Source: Planctomycetales bacterium (lineage in GTDB: Bacteria > 4484-113 > JAFGCY01). Taken from it: 32,000 nucleotides of DNA. Location: NCBI GenBank assembly GCA_022646745.1, contig CP060262.1, positions 960,001 to 992,000 of the forward strand, given 5' to 3'. Under the pieces are notes generated by a model, which made no database searches, was not told the origin of the DNA, and saw only the letters and a program-made list of their open reading frames with translations. A program made the translations under genes and the position numbers. Each line of letters begins with the position of its first letter. The first letter of the stretch is position 1. Shown piece after piece: positions 23,151 through 32,000 of this stretch.

Positions 23151-26100
23151 CGCCGTCCTCCCCGCTGCCAAGGATGCTGCGCAGTGCCGAACCCGTGAAG
23201 TCCGGCTTGCCTTCGAGTATCAGTTTCTGGATGTCCTGGTTGCCAAGCGGCAGCATTTCACGGTAGGCATCACCGGCCACCGGGTCGAAGCGGCAGATGC
23301 TGCGGTAGCTGCAACCGTTGCAGGCCGTGAAGCTCCGTCCGTCAGACAGTGGCCAGGCCCGCACCTCGCCAGCCGCCAGCCGCCCGCCGAGTTCGAGCAG
23401 CACCCGCTGCGTTTCAGATACCGCCCAGTCATGCAGGGCCATGCGGATCGCCGGGGCATCCTCCTCCTTCACGCGGCCGGAGGGCTTCAGTGCCTGGGTC
23501 GGTTCGAAATCCGCGTAGCCATCCTTGTCCCACTGCACCTCCAGCGGCTGGTATTCGGCATCAGCCGCTTCCAGCGCTGTGCTGCCAGCCACACTGCGGC
23601 CGCGCACGGCCAGCATGTAGACGAAGAGCTGCAGCTGGTAGCCGGCCAGCAGGCGGTTCCACTGCTGTTTGCGCCCGCCGAGCTTGTAGTCAATCACGGT
23701 CGCACGGGATTCGCTGTCAATGTCGAGCCGGTCGATGAATCCGCTGATGCGGATGCGCATGCCATTGCCATCCAGCTCGTAGGGTGGCAACTCAGCTCCC
23801 TGTCCGCCGAAGCGCAGCTCAGTCTGCAGCGGACGCCGTTCGCCATGCCCAGCCAGCCACTGCCTCAGGCTGCGGCTGTGCTGCTCCAGCAGGATGCCGG
23901 CACGCTCCAGCACGTAGTCCACCCGTTCGCGGGCGGTTTCGCGGAACAGAGCCTCGCGCAGGGCTGCCAGTTCAAGCTGGCTGGCCTCGCTGATGCGTTG
24001 CCAGTCCCCATGCACCCAGTCGTAGCCTTCGGCATTCAGGCGCTGCACCGTGCGCTCGAACACGGAATGGTACATGTTGCCAAGCGTCAGTGCATCGAAG
24101 GCCGGTTCGCGCTGCTCATCGAGCCGCAGCCAGTAGCGTACATAGTGTTTGTAGGGGCAGGCGGCGAAGGTCTCCAGGCGTGTGGCACTGCAGGACAGCA
24201 CGCCGTCCTGCAGCTGGGCCCCGAGCAGGCCGCGGTCCAGCTGTTGGGTGCTGCGGCGCCGTCCACCCCAGCCCGTGGCCCAGCCCAGTGCACGTTCGGT
24301 CTCGACAGACAAGCCGGGCAGGGTGCGGTCGCGTCCGCCTGACAATGCCACGGCCACCACGAGGTCTCCCTCGCTTTCCACCTGCGAGAGGGCCTGGGAC
24401 TGCTCATGCGAGACCAGCCGTTCCTTCGCAGCGGTCCAGCCCAGCAGGCCGCGGTACCAGGGGGACATCGGCCGCGCGCGGCCTTCGGAATCCGCTGCCG
24501 GCCGCAGCAGGTGCAGCTGCTGGGAAGCTCTTGTGAGCGCGATCATTGCCAGCCAGGGCTCACGCAGGCAGTCCTCACGCGCACCACCGCTGAGCAATTT
24601 CTCAGTGCCATTGATCAGTTCGCGCTGGCTGTCACTGAACCAGGGGCTGTCAACCGCCGGTGAGGGCCAGCTGCCATCGGCCAGCCCAAGCAGGATGCTG
24701 GCGCGCACGGGATGGTGGCGGCCGCGTTCGACTTCGGTGACCAGCAGGTGCTCCTGGCGCAGCGGTGGCATCGCCTGCTGCAGGCGGCTGAAGCCGTACT
24801 CCAGCCAGTTCACCAGCGTGCGCAGCTCCAGCCCCTCATCATTGCCAACTGACATGGCTTCGCCGACGAGCTGCATTTCATTGAGCAGGTCGCGCACACG
24901 TGACAGCACCAGCTCATCGCCTGCATTCAGTGCATGTCGTTCGGCAACGCGATCCAGCAGAGCGGCCAGCAGTTCCAGCAGGCCACCAAGCCTGGCAGAG
25001 CCGGATAGCAGGTAGTCGCGCAGGGCCACGGCGTCCGCCAGCAGCATCCGCCGCCAGCCGTCCAGCCGGGCCAGCTCCTCCCGGATCAGTGCGGGATCAC
25101 GCCGCGGACGGCCCCGGCCTTCCTCCGTTGCCATTTCGCGGTGCCAGTTCCAGTCGCGGCCGTCCAGCCAGCGGCTGACGGACAGGCCATGCGTGTCACT
25201 GTAGACCAGCAGGCGGTCGACTGCCTGCTGCTGCGTGACGCTGTCGTCCTCGAATGGCAACAGGCCGCAGCGCAGCAGCCCGGTCAGTTCCTCGTTGCCG
25301 GCCAGCCCGCTGGCGATCCGCAGGATGCCGCGCACCAGCTGCAATAGCGGATGGTATGAGAGCGGCATGCGGCGGTCGATGAAGGCCGGGATGCCGTGTT
25401 CCGCGAGCCGCATCTGCAGCAACTCGGCATAGGGTGCCAGGTCGCGCGCGATGATGCTGATCTCGGAGCTGCGCAGGCCCTCGTCACGCATCAGGCGGCG
25501 CACGATGCGCACCGCTTCCAGTGTTTCCGTACGTTCGTCGTTGCAGAGCACGCAATGCAGCGGCGGGCTGGCATCTGTTTTGCCGGCAGGCATCGCACCC
25601 TGCTCAGCCAGGGTTGCCAATGACATAGCCTCACCCTGCCAGCGCGGGCTGTCACTGAGCGGCACCAGTTCCGGGCGGATGCCGGCACGCTGTGCCAGAG
25701 CCGCCATGCTTTCAAAAAGTTCGCGGCCCGGCCCGAACCAGTCGGCGCTGTCAACGGGCAAAGGGCCTTCGATGCGCTGCGGGTCCAGCAGCACAGAGAC
25801 AGTGACGGACGCCGTGCGGCTGAGGATCGCCAGCAGGGCGGCTTCCTCCGGCGGGGTGAAGCCGGCGAAACCGTCGATGTAGACCTCTGTCTGCTCCAGG
25901 AATGGCCACAGCCGGCTGGAGAGCAGGCGTTCGATGTTGGCAGCACTGGATGCGAATTGCAGTCCAAGCTCGTCACAGGCAGTGAGATAGCGTTCATGCA
26001 GCTCCGCCAGCTCCAGCAGGCGCTGGGGCAGTTCCTCAGCGCTGCGGCTCAGGGCCGGCTGCGTTGCCAGCTGCGCACTGCGCTGCCTGAGCTGCTCCGG

Positions 26101-26523
26101 GCTGGTGCCGAACTGGCGCAGTTCGGCCAGTACTTCACTGAGCTGCTCGACGCGGGCCTGGCGGCCACTGCGGCTGCTGTCCTGCTCCATCTCAGAGAGA
26201 ATGCGCCAGACCAGCAGGCGGCGGCCGAGGTCGCCATCGCGGCGCACCAGCTGCCCGGCCTCACTGGCCAGCCAGTTGCCCAGCCGGCTGAGGCTCATCA
26301 CGCGGATGCGGCTGGTGGCGGCCGGAAGGCCGAGCAGTTCGCCAAGCTTTGCAAGCAGTGCCTGCTCAGTCATCAGGGCCTGCTGCTCGGGGACGACCAC
26401 CAAAAGCGGCGGATGCTGGGCCGAAGCCAGCGGGGACTGCGCCGCACGGCGGCAGACCCGTTCCAGCAGCAGCTCCGTCTTGCCACTGCCGGCCCTTCCG
26501 AGAATCATCGTCAGCTTCGGCAC
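23143..26523 (-). CDS. addB: ATP-dependent helicase/nuclease subunit B (AddB/RexB) with an Fe-S cluster nuclease domain
   Basis: GRAGSGKT Walker A. The C-terminal Cys set is CPYKHY ... CNGCSYRSIC, giving the 4 Cys of the AddB iron staple. Located directly upstream of and overlapping addA. Confidence 0.88.
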   Translation of the reverse strand: MPKLTMILGRAGSGKTELLLERVCRRAAQSPLASAQHPPLLVVVPEQQALMTEQALLAKLGELLGLPAATSRIRVMSLSRLGNWLASEAGQLVRRDGDLGRRLLVWRILSEMEQDSSRSGRQARVEQLSEVLAELRQFGTSPEQLRQRSAQLATQPALSRSAEELPQRLLELAELHERYLTACDELGLQFASSAANIERLLSSRLWPFLEQTEVYIDGFAGFTPPEEAALLAILSRTASVTVSVLLDPQRIEGPLPVDSADWFGPGRELFESMAALAQRAGIRPELVPLSDSPRWQGEAMSLATLAEQGAMPAGKTDASPPLHCVLCNDERTETLEAVRIVRRLMRDEGLRSSEISIIARDLAPYAELLQMRLAEHGIPAFIDRRMPLSYHPLLQLVRGILRIASGLAGNEELTGLLRCGLLPFEDDSVTQQQAVDRLLVYSDTHGLSVSRWLDGRDWNWHREMATEEGRGRPRRDPALIREELARLDGWRRMLLADAVALRDYLLSGSARLGGLLELLAALLDRVAERHALNAGDELVLSRVRDLLNEMQLVGEAMSVGNDEGLELRTLVNWLEYGFSRLQQAMPPLRQEHLLVTEVERGRHHPVRASILLGLADGSWPSPAVDSPWFSDSQRELINGTEKLLSGGAREDCLREPWLAMIALTRASQQLHLLRPAADSEGRARPMSPWYRGLLGWTAAKERLVSHEQSQALSQVESEGDLVVAVALSGGRDRTLPGLSVETERALGWATGWGGRRRSTQQLDRGLLGAQLQDGVLSCSATRLETFAACPYKHYVRYWLRLDEQREPAFDALTLGNMYHSVFERTVQRLNAEGYDWVHGDWQRISEASQLELAALREALFRETARERVDYVLERAGILLEQHSRSLRQWLAGHGERRPLQTELRFGGQGAELPPYELDGNGMRIRISGFIDRLDIDSESRATVIDYKLGGRKQQWNRLLAGYQLQLFVYMLAVRGRSVAGSTALEAADAEYQPLEVQWDKDGYADFEPTQALKPSGRVKEEDAPAIRMALHDWAVSETQRVLLELGGRLAAGEVRAWPLSDGRSFTACNGCSYRSICRFDPVAGDAYREMLPLGNQDIQKLILEGKPDFTGSALRSILGSGEDGDA

Positions 26524-26568
26524 TGCCCCCTAGTATAGCCAGTTGTGCGCGGCTGCTAGGATTGCAGC

Positions 26569-27396
26569 GTGCGCCCGCTGGCAATCACCCTATGCATGCT
26601 CCTGGCCCTGCTGGGCGGCTGTGCGGTGCAACCTGACGAACTGGCGAAGGCGATCAGGCGCGGCGACATGGAGCTATACACGAAACTGATCGACCGGGTG
26701 GACGACATCAATGCCCCGATCGGGGGCGAATGGTACTGGCCACCGCTGCAGCAGGCCACTTTCCACGGACAGTCGGAGATCATCACTGACCTGCTGGCGC
26801 GCGGGGCGGACATCAACCTGCACAACACGAAGGACCAGGCCACGGCCCTGCATGTGGCCTGCAACCAGCAGGAGGACAGCGTGGCAATGCTGCTGCTGGA
26901 CCGCGGGGCGGACATCAATGCGCAGGACGGCCGGGGTCGCACACCGCTGCAGAACGCGATCGTGTACGAGGACCCTGAACTGGTCACAGCGCTGCTGGCG
27001 CGCGGGGCTGATCCCAATATCCGTGATGCGGATGGGCTGAGTGCGGTGCTGATGGCTGCACGGCGCTTCGAGCCGCAGATGCTGGCGGACATGCTGGATC
27101 ACGGCGGGGACGGCACCCTGCGAACGGCGGATGGGCGCGATGCCCTGCTCAATGCAGCAGGCAATGGTGATGCGGAGAGTGCACGCGTGCTGCTGGAGCG
27201 TGGTGCGGATATCAGCGCACGTGATGCCAGTGGGGACACGGCGCTGCATATCGCCTGCCGCAACGGAAACGCTGAGCTGGCGCAGCTGCTGCTGGAGCAT
27301 GGTGCGGACCGCCAGGCCCGCAATACGCAGGGAGAACTGCCGGGAGAATTGGCACAGGGCTGGGATGCAGTGGAGGCCCTGTTCGCCGGCAGCTAG
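26569..27396 (+). CDS. Ankyrin-repeat lipoprotein
   Basis: Signal peptide plus lipobox MRPLAITLCMLLALLGGC. About six ankyrin repeats (TALHVACNQQ...LLLDRGADINAQD, TPLQNAI...LLARGADPNIRD, TALHIACRNGNAELAQLLLEHGAD). Confidence 0.85.
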   Translation: MRPLAITLCMLLALLGGCAVQPDELAKAIRRGDMELYTKLIDRVDDINAPIGGEWYWPPLQQATFHGQSEIITDLLARGADINLHNTKDQATALHVACNQQEDSVAMLLLDRGADINAQDGRGRTPLQNAIVYEDPELVTALLARGADPNIRDADGLSAVLMAARRFEPQMLADMLDHGGDGTLRTADGRDALLNAAGNGDAESARVLLERGADISARDASGDTALHIACRNGNAELAQLLLEHGADRQARNTQGELPGELAQGWDAVEALFAGS

Positions 27397-27493
27397 TGTC
27401 CGGTCTGCCCGGGGACACTGTCACGGAAGTGTCACCGGTGATTTCCCGAAGAGGTGTCCCTGTAAAGAAAGTGGCCGGCGAGTTAAATTTGGA

Positions 27494-27667
27494 TTGTCAG
27501 AGGGAGACCGCATCCGTTGTAGTGTACGGCCCGGGATGCGGACTCCGTCAGGCACCGGCCCGCAACGGCTGAAGCGGGCCGTAAACGGTATATCCCATAC
27601 CCATCCCAGCCGCTGCCGGTCTGACGTGGATGATCCCTCTTCAGAACCCGGTGGCGGTTATTTTTTT
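27494..27667 (+). ncRNA. Candidate ~175-nt sRNA ending at an intrinsic terminator (could instead be the 3' UTR of the ankyrin gene)
   Basis: Hairpins at 27504-27545 and 27556-27581. An apparently unpaired segment UAUCCCAUACCCAUCCCAG lies at 27591-27609. Terminator at 27610-27667. Only a weak promoter-like TGTAAA-N16-TTAAAT is present (27461-27488). Confidence 0.3.
27610..27667 (+). terminator. Rho-independent terminator
   Basis: 10-bp stem CCGCUGCCGG (27610-27619) / CCGGUGGCGG (27648-27657), including two G-U pairs. There is an inner 5-bp helix. The stem is followed by UUAUUUUUUU (27658-27667). Confidence 0.7.
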
Positions 27668-27724
27668 GCGCCCCGTCCATGCCGTTGCAGGTACTGATCC
27701 AGACCAGTTTGAGGCAGCCTGTGT

Positions 27725-28390
27725 TCAGCTGAGCCCGCTGATCAGCTCGCGGTCTGCGATCTGCACCCGGCCCGCGTGATCAACGCTGATGCGGCCTTCC
27801 GCCCAGAGGCTGATCACGAGCGGCAGCAATTCGCGTTCCGCGGCCCGCACACGCTCCCCGAGGCTTGCCACATCGTCCCCCGTCAGCACCGGCACCACCT
27901 TCTGCAGCACGATGCTGCCGTGGTCGTACTCGTCATCGACGAGATGCACGGTGCAGCCGCTTACCCGGGTGCCGCTCTGGAGCACGGCTTCATGTACACG
28001 GTCGCCGTACATCCCCTGCCCCCCGAAGGACGGCAGCAGGGCCGGGTGGGTGTTGAGCGCCCTGTGGCGGTACTGAGGCGGCAGCAGGTACAGCGAGAGG
28101 AAGCCGCCGAAGACGATCAGATCAGGCTGCCAGCGGTCCAGTTCAGCCGTGATGCGGGCCGCGAAATCGGCTGCATCAAAGGGCTGGCCGCGCTCAACGA
28201 TGGCAGCTGGCACATTGAAATCGGCCGCATGCTGCAGGCCGCCGCAGTCCTTGCTGGCCACCACGCCGACGACCTCAGCATTCAGCCGGCCCTCTCGGAT
28301 ACGTTCGAGGATGTTGAGCAGCGTGGAGCCACCGCCGGATATCAGCACGGCGAGACGCAGCGGTGGACGGGACTGTGCATCGGGACTCAC
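27725..28390 (-). CDS. purN: Phosphoribosylglycinamide formyltransferase
   Basis: LAVLISGGGSTLLNI near the N-terminus, NTHPALLPSFGG, and HLVDDEYDHG (catalytic N/H/D set). About 221 aa when started at GTG 28390. The longer 388-aa ORF-track version overlaps the upstream PQQ gene out of frame. Confidence 0.88.
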   Translation of the reverse strand: MSPDAQSRPPLRLAVLISGGGSTLLNILERIREGRLNAEVVGVVASKDCGGLQHAADFNVPAAIVERGQPFDAADFAARITAELDRWQPDLIVFGGFLSLYLLPPQYRHRALNTHPALLPSFGGQGMYGDRVHEAVLQSGTRVSGCTVHLVDDEYDHGSIVLQKVVPVLTGDDVASLGERVRAAERELLPLVISLWAEGRISVDHAGRVQIADRELISGLS

Positions 28391-28424
28391 GCGAGGATTA
28401 TAGGACGGGGTCCGGCCGCGTGCT

Positions 28425-31400
28425 TCAGTCCCCGAAGGCGTACATGTTCCCATCCGCACTGCCGATGTACAGCGTGCCATCCGGTCCGATGGCAGGAGCA
28501 GCTGTAACAGCTCCTTCCAGGTCATGGGACCACAGCAGGTTGCCAGCGGAATCGAAGCAATGAATGAAGCCTTCCCTGCTGCCAGCGTAGACATGACCGG
28601 AGGAGTCAAGCGTGATGCCAAGGAATTCCTCCTGGAGCGCTGCGCCAATGATGTACTGCAGGATGCCCTCATCATTGAAAACATGGATGCCCTGCTTTCC
28701 GATGGCAACAAACAGTTTTCCATCAAGGTCCAGAGCAGGCGTATTGTACAGGCCAATGTAAGACGGGAATTCCCTGCCCCAGGTCCAGAGCGGAAAGCCC
28801 TGCGCGTCCAAGGCATTGATCGTGCCATCCGCATGCGTAAGGAACAAGGTGCTGTCAGCACCAAGCACCGGCGAGTTGAGCATGGAACCATTTACATTGC
28901 GGTACGTCAACTGGCCATTTCCATGCAGGATCAGGTTGCCGGTGAACACGTCGCCAGTCTGGCTGATGGCGGGACTGCAGAATAGCCCGACTCCGGCCGG
29001 TGCCATGTAGAGCAGGTTGCCCTGCTGGTCAAGTGAGAACAGATCCCCGCCGATGTCGCAGATATGCAGGCGGCCATCAGGGCCAAACACAGGGGAGGCT
29101 GCAAAGGGGCGAACGGCCTGGTATCGCCAGTTCTCTGTGCCGTCCGAGTTGACACAGTGAACCGCACCATCATTGCTGCCAACGCAGAAGCGGCCATCAT
29201 CCCGGATTGCCGGGCTGGCAGTGATCGGTCCCATGGTCTCAAACAGCCACTGCTGCTCACCTTCCGGATCCAGCAGGAACAGCGTACGGTTGTCACTGCC
29301 GAAGCAGACATCGCCATCCGGTGTGACAACTGCTGAACCCTGGATTGCGGCACCACACTGGAACTTCCACAACAGTCGCGCATCGGCTGGCCCGCTGACC
29401 TGGCTAAACCCGGTGCGCTGCGGGTTGCCACCCTGCAGCGGCCAGCCCAATGCAGGCTCATCACCCGCAGCCAGCCTGCCGGTCACTGGCCTGCTCCACT
29501 CCGAGCAGACATCCCCGCCGTAGACTGCACGCACACGGTATTCATATCCCTGCAGGCCGGCAGCCTGGGTACCAGGCACATGCCTGTACAGGCCGCGCTC
29601 CCCTTCCTTCAGGACAGCGAGCTCCTGCCACATTGCCAGCGGATTGCCAGCGGGCCGGTACTGCAGCTCAAACCCATCAGTGCCAAACTGCGCCTGCCAG
29701 CCAACCGTGACCTGGTCCGTCAGGCTGGTGGAAGCAGCGAGTCCCCGGGGAACAGCCGGCGGGCCGATCTGCAGGTAATGACCCGCATTGAGGAGATGCA
29801 GCCGCCCCAGTCCATCAAGCAAGGGAGTGGACCAGTCACCGGGCAGTCCCATGCGTTGCCAGGCAAGTTCACCCGTGGATTCCAGGCAAAAGAAGCGGCC
29901 GTCCTTGCTGCCGAAGTACACCTTGCCGGCGGAATCAACCAGCAGCCCACCTGTCACGGTTCCTGTCGGCTGGTAGCCCCAGAGCAGGTTGCCAGCCGGG
30001 CTGAAGCATTGCACCTTTTCGTAGGAGGCAAGCAGGATGTTGCCATTTGCGTCCAGCACAGGATAGGGTGAGGCCCCGCGGCGTATTTCTGCCTGCCAGT
30101 TCAGCTGGCCCTGTGGACTGACTGACACAAGGTCGCCGAAGTAGAGGATCAGGTACACCGTGCCATCCGCAGCAACACTGGGGGAACTGTCAATCGACTC
30201 CTCAAGTTCAAGCTCCCACAGCAGATCGCCAGATGGCGATATCGCGAGCAAGCGGTCCTGCCCGTTGTCACAGTAGATGGTGCCGTCTTGCGCGATCGCC
30301 GGGCCGTGGTCGATTGTCTGGTCGGTGAAGTACCACCAGAGCAGCTCACCCTCTGCACTGATGCAAAACAAGCGCCTGCCGGCGTCGCCACAGATGATCG
30401 CCCCGTCGGAACGCGGCACCGGTGGGCAGGAGATCCAGTTGCCGGCATCAAAGGTCCAGAGCAGGTCACCATCCGCTGTATAACGGTGGATGTAGAAACC
30501 CGCTGCCACCAGCAATCCGCCATCCGCCGTAGCGGTCAGTGAACGCACTTCCGACGGTGCTTCCACGCGCCACAGCTCAGTATCGTCCTGCAGGCTGAAT
30601 GCGGACACAGTAGCCCAGCCTGTGGCCCTGTAAAGCACTCCTCCGGGCGTGCTGATCAGCTGTATCTCCTCATCCTGTCCGTCGCGGGCCAGCTGGGAAA
30701 CCACGACCGGCCCTGCCACGCTGAACGGACTGCGTCCGGTATGCCGGGCATTGCCGCCGAACATGCACCAGTTGTCAATCCCAACCGGCCGGCTGCTGTC
30801 GACTGCCGTACCGGAATCCAGCGCCGTCACCCAGTATGTCCAGCCGGCCTGCCTGTCCAGCAGCCAGCTGTACTGCAGCCTGCCTTCACCGCTTCCCTCG
30901 GCTGTCGCCAGCTGGCCCAACAGCTGGGCTCCGGGACCGACAGTTCCTGAATCCGCAGGATGGTCTCGGGCCTCATTGCTGCCCAGGACTGCGTAATGTG
31001 TGATCCGCCGGCCGTAGTTGCGGGCGATCACCTGCACGTCAGCGATGTTCACCTCGCCATTGCCATCCCCGTCCAGCATTTGCTGGATGCTGCCCTGTTC
31101 AAATGGCGCGCGCTCACCTAGATGGCGGCTGAGTGGCACAAGGTCAGCAAGGCCGACTTCGCCATCCTGGTTGTAGTCGCCATCGAGCTGGCCCTGCCAG
31201 CTCATTGTGTTGCCATCCAGGCTGATTGCCCAGTTCGATTGCGCACCTGGCGTAACGGTAGCGGCAGCCTTCTCAAGCTCCAGGTAGCGCTCCAGCTCTA
31301 GTTGCATGGCTGCAAGTACTGAATAGTCATGGCTTGCTGCATGGACAGGGGCAGGCAGTTCCTCCTGCTGGACCTGAGCTGATGTGCCAGCACACCCGGC

Positions 31401-31481
31401 AATCAACAGCTGCACTGCCAGCAGCAATGCCATCAGGTTGTGCACAGGCTGACAACCAGCCCATCTGAGTTCAGTTGCCAT
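28425..31481 (-). CDS. Large lipoprotein: N-terminal dockerin pair, two PQQ-like (BamB-like) beta-propellers separated by an FN3 domain
   Basis: Lipobox LLAVQLLIAGC. Dockerin EF-hands DGDYNQDGEVGLADLVPL and DGDGNGEVNIADVQVIARNYG. Many repeats of the G-l-y-g--dG-l-a-d--G--lW type. FN3-like segment from TVGWQAQFGTDGFELQYR to YEYRVRAVY. An alternative start lies at 31433 (MALLLAV). Confidence 0.8.
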   Translation of the reverse strand: MATELRWAGCQPVHNLMALLLAVQLLIAGCAGTSAQVQQEELPAPVHAASHDYSVLAAMQLELERYLELEKAAATVTPGAQSNWAISLDGNTMSWQGQLDGDYNQDGEVGLADLVPLSRHLGERAPFEQGSIQQMLDGDGNGEVNIADVQVIARNYGRRITHYAVLGSNEARDHPADSGTVGPGAQLLGQLATAEGSGEGRLQYSWLLDRQAGWTYWVTALDSGTAVDSSRPVGIDNWCMFGGNARHTGRSPFSVAGPVVVSQLARDGQDEEIQLISTPGGVLYRATGWATVSAFSLQDDTELWRVEAPSEVRSLTATADGGLLVAAGFYIHRYTADGDLLWTFDAGNWISCPPVPRSDGAIICGDAGRRLFCISAEGELLWWYFTDQTIDHGPAIAQDGTIYCDNGQDRLLAISPSGDLLWELELEESIDSSPSVAADGTVYLILYFGDLVSVSPQGQLNWQAEIRRGASPYPVLDANGNILLASYEKVQCFSPAGNLLWGYQPTGTVTGGLLVDSAGKVYFGSKDGRFFCLESTGELAWQRMGLPGDWSTPLLDGLGRLHLLNAGHYLQIGPPAVPRGLAASTSLTDQVTVGWQAQFGTDGFELQYRPAGNPLAMWQELAVLKEGERGLYRHVPGTQAAGLQGYEYRVRAVYGGDVCSEWSRPVTGRLAAGDEPALGWPLQGGNPQRTGFSQVSGPADARLLWKFQCGAAIQGSAVVTPDGDVCFGSDNRTLFLLDPEGEQQWLFETMGPITASPAIRDDGRFCVGSNDGAVHCVNSDGTENWRYQAVRPFAASPVFGPDGRLHICDIGGDLFSLDQQGNLLYMAPAGVGLFCSPAISQTGDVFTGNLILHGNGQLTYRNVNGSMLNSPVLGADSTLFLTHADGTINALDAQGFPLWTWGREFPSYIGLYNTPALDLDGKLFVAIGKQGIHVFNDEGILQYIIGAALQEEFLGITLDSSGHVYAGSREGFIHCFDSAGNLLWSHDLEGAVTAAPAIGPDGTLYIGSADGNMYAFGD

Positions 31482-32000
31482 TATTCACCCCGAAAGCGAA
31501 GATGCGGTTGTTCAGTCCGCCGATGTAGACATTTCCCGACGCAGATATCGCCGGGGCGGAGATGATTCCGGACTCCGTCGATCGCTTCCACAGTAATGCT
31601 CCGCTGCTGTCATATGCCAGCACGTTCCCTTCCAGCGTGCCGCAGAAGATGCTGCCAGCCCCGTCCACCGCCACCGGGCTGACAATGCTGCCTTCCACCT
31701 GGTAGGTCCTGAGGCTGTAGCCCAGCGGGCTGATCCTGTGCAGCTCACCCTCCTCACCGCCGGCATAGATGCTGCCATCAGGACCCAGCACTGGCATGCG
31801 CTCCTCACCCTGCCCGCCGAGCTCGAAACTCCACAGCAGCTTGCCTGCCGCGCTGACTGCATGCAACTGGTCAATTCCATCAATGTAGTATGCAGTCCCG
31901 TCCAATCCGACCGCCGGTGCACTGGCTCCGGAGTTGGAGGCAGCGCTCACCCATTCAAGCTGCCCGTCCGTATTCAGCTGGAACAGCCTGCCTCTCGAAT
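31471..32000 (-). CDS. PQQ-like beta-propeller repeat protein, C-terminal part (5' end lies outside the window)
   Basis: The frame stays open to base 32000 (...SRGRLFQLNTDGQLEWVSAAS...). Repeats include DGTAYYIDGIDQLHAVSAAGKLLW and GSIYAGGEEGELHRISPLG. Stop at 31471-31473. Confidence 0.75.
   Translation of the reverse strand, partial: SRGRLFQLNTDGQLEWVSAASNSGASAPAVGLDGTAYYIDGIDQLHAVSAAGKLLWSFELGGQGEERMPVLGPDGSIYAGGEEGELHRISPLGYSLRTYQVEGSIVSPVAVDGAGSIFCGTLEGNVLAYDSSGALLWKRSTESGIISAPAISASGNVYIGGLNNRIFAFGVNNGN

Noticed and set aside
27395-27419. Hairpin AGUGUCC...GGACACU overlapping the ankyrin gene's stop codon, considered as a terminator
   Set aside because: There is no U-tract, alternative pairings with the neighbouring GUGUCAC/GUGUCCC words are possible, and the convincing terminator lies about 215 nt further downstream.
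27725-28891. 388-aa extended version of the purN ORF
   Set aside because: The N-terminal 166 aa overlap the 3' end of the PQQ-propeller gene in another frame and look non-protein-like. The PurN homology begins only near LAVLISGGGS, and GTG 28390 gives the normal ~220-aa length.

Overview
Visibly GC-rich (about two-thirds G+C by eye, not computed) bacterial chromosomal segment with about 21 protein genes. Most are housekeeping or cell-envelope genes. In order: the 3' part of xerD; an operon of one small membrane protein plus two paralogous membrane-anchored FG-GAP/VCBS beta-propeller proteins; two hypothetical genes whose 3' ends overlap convergently; wecA-like and wecB; a ClC channel with CBS domains; a cohesin+dockerin surface protein; miaB; a coiled-coil membrane-anchored hypothetical; a small lipoprotein; an ArsR-family regulator with a CstB-like persulfide dioxygenase-rhodanese fusion; an orphan FtsX/MacB-type permease; addB-addA; an ankyrin-repeat lipoprotein; purN; and two PQQ-like beta-propeller proteins, one of which carries a dockerin. 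No tRNA, rRNA, CRISPR array, transposase or recognisable defence genes were seen. The most unusual part is the 1.5 kb gene-free island at 644-2130. A near-consensus sigma70 promoter (961-989) and an intrinsic terminator (1382-1416) bracket a ~420-nt region. That region folds almost entirely into GC-rich hairpins capped by GNRA/UUCG tetraloops, including a reiterated GGUG-GCAA-CACC hairpin. Upstream of it is a cluster of palindromic GTTGWCAAC boxes. Downstream are reiterated ~60-nt modules and heptanucleotide tandem repeats. I could not match this RNA to RNase P, tmRNA, SRP or 6S by eye, so I treat it as a candidate novel structured ncRNA locus. Two other convergent intergenic gaps (10.3-10.7 kb and 15.7-15.85 kb) carry long inverted repeats built from period-7 repeats around AT-richer cores. 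A fourth gap (27.4-27.7 kb) contains a terminator-ended sRNA candidate with an exposed UCCC-rich segment. Several start codons sit 6-8 nt downstream of TATAAT-like boxes, which suggests frequent leaderless mRNAs. All protein calls rest on motifs read from the supplied translations. No database search was run.
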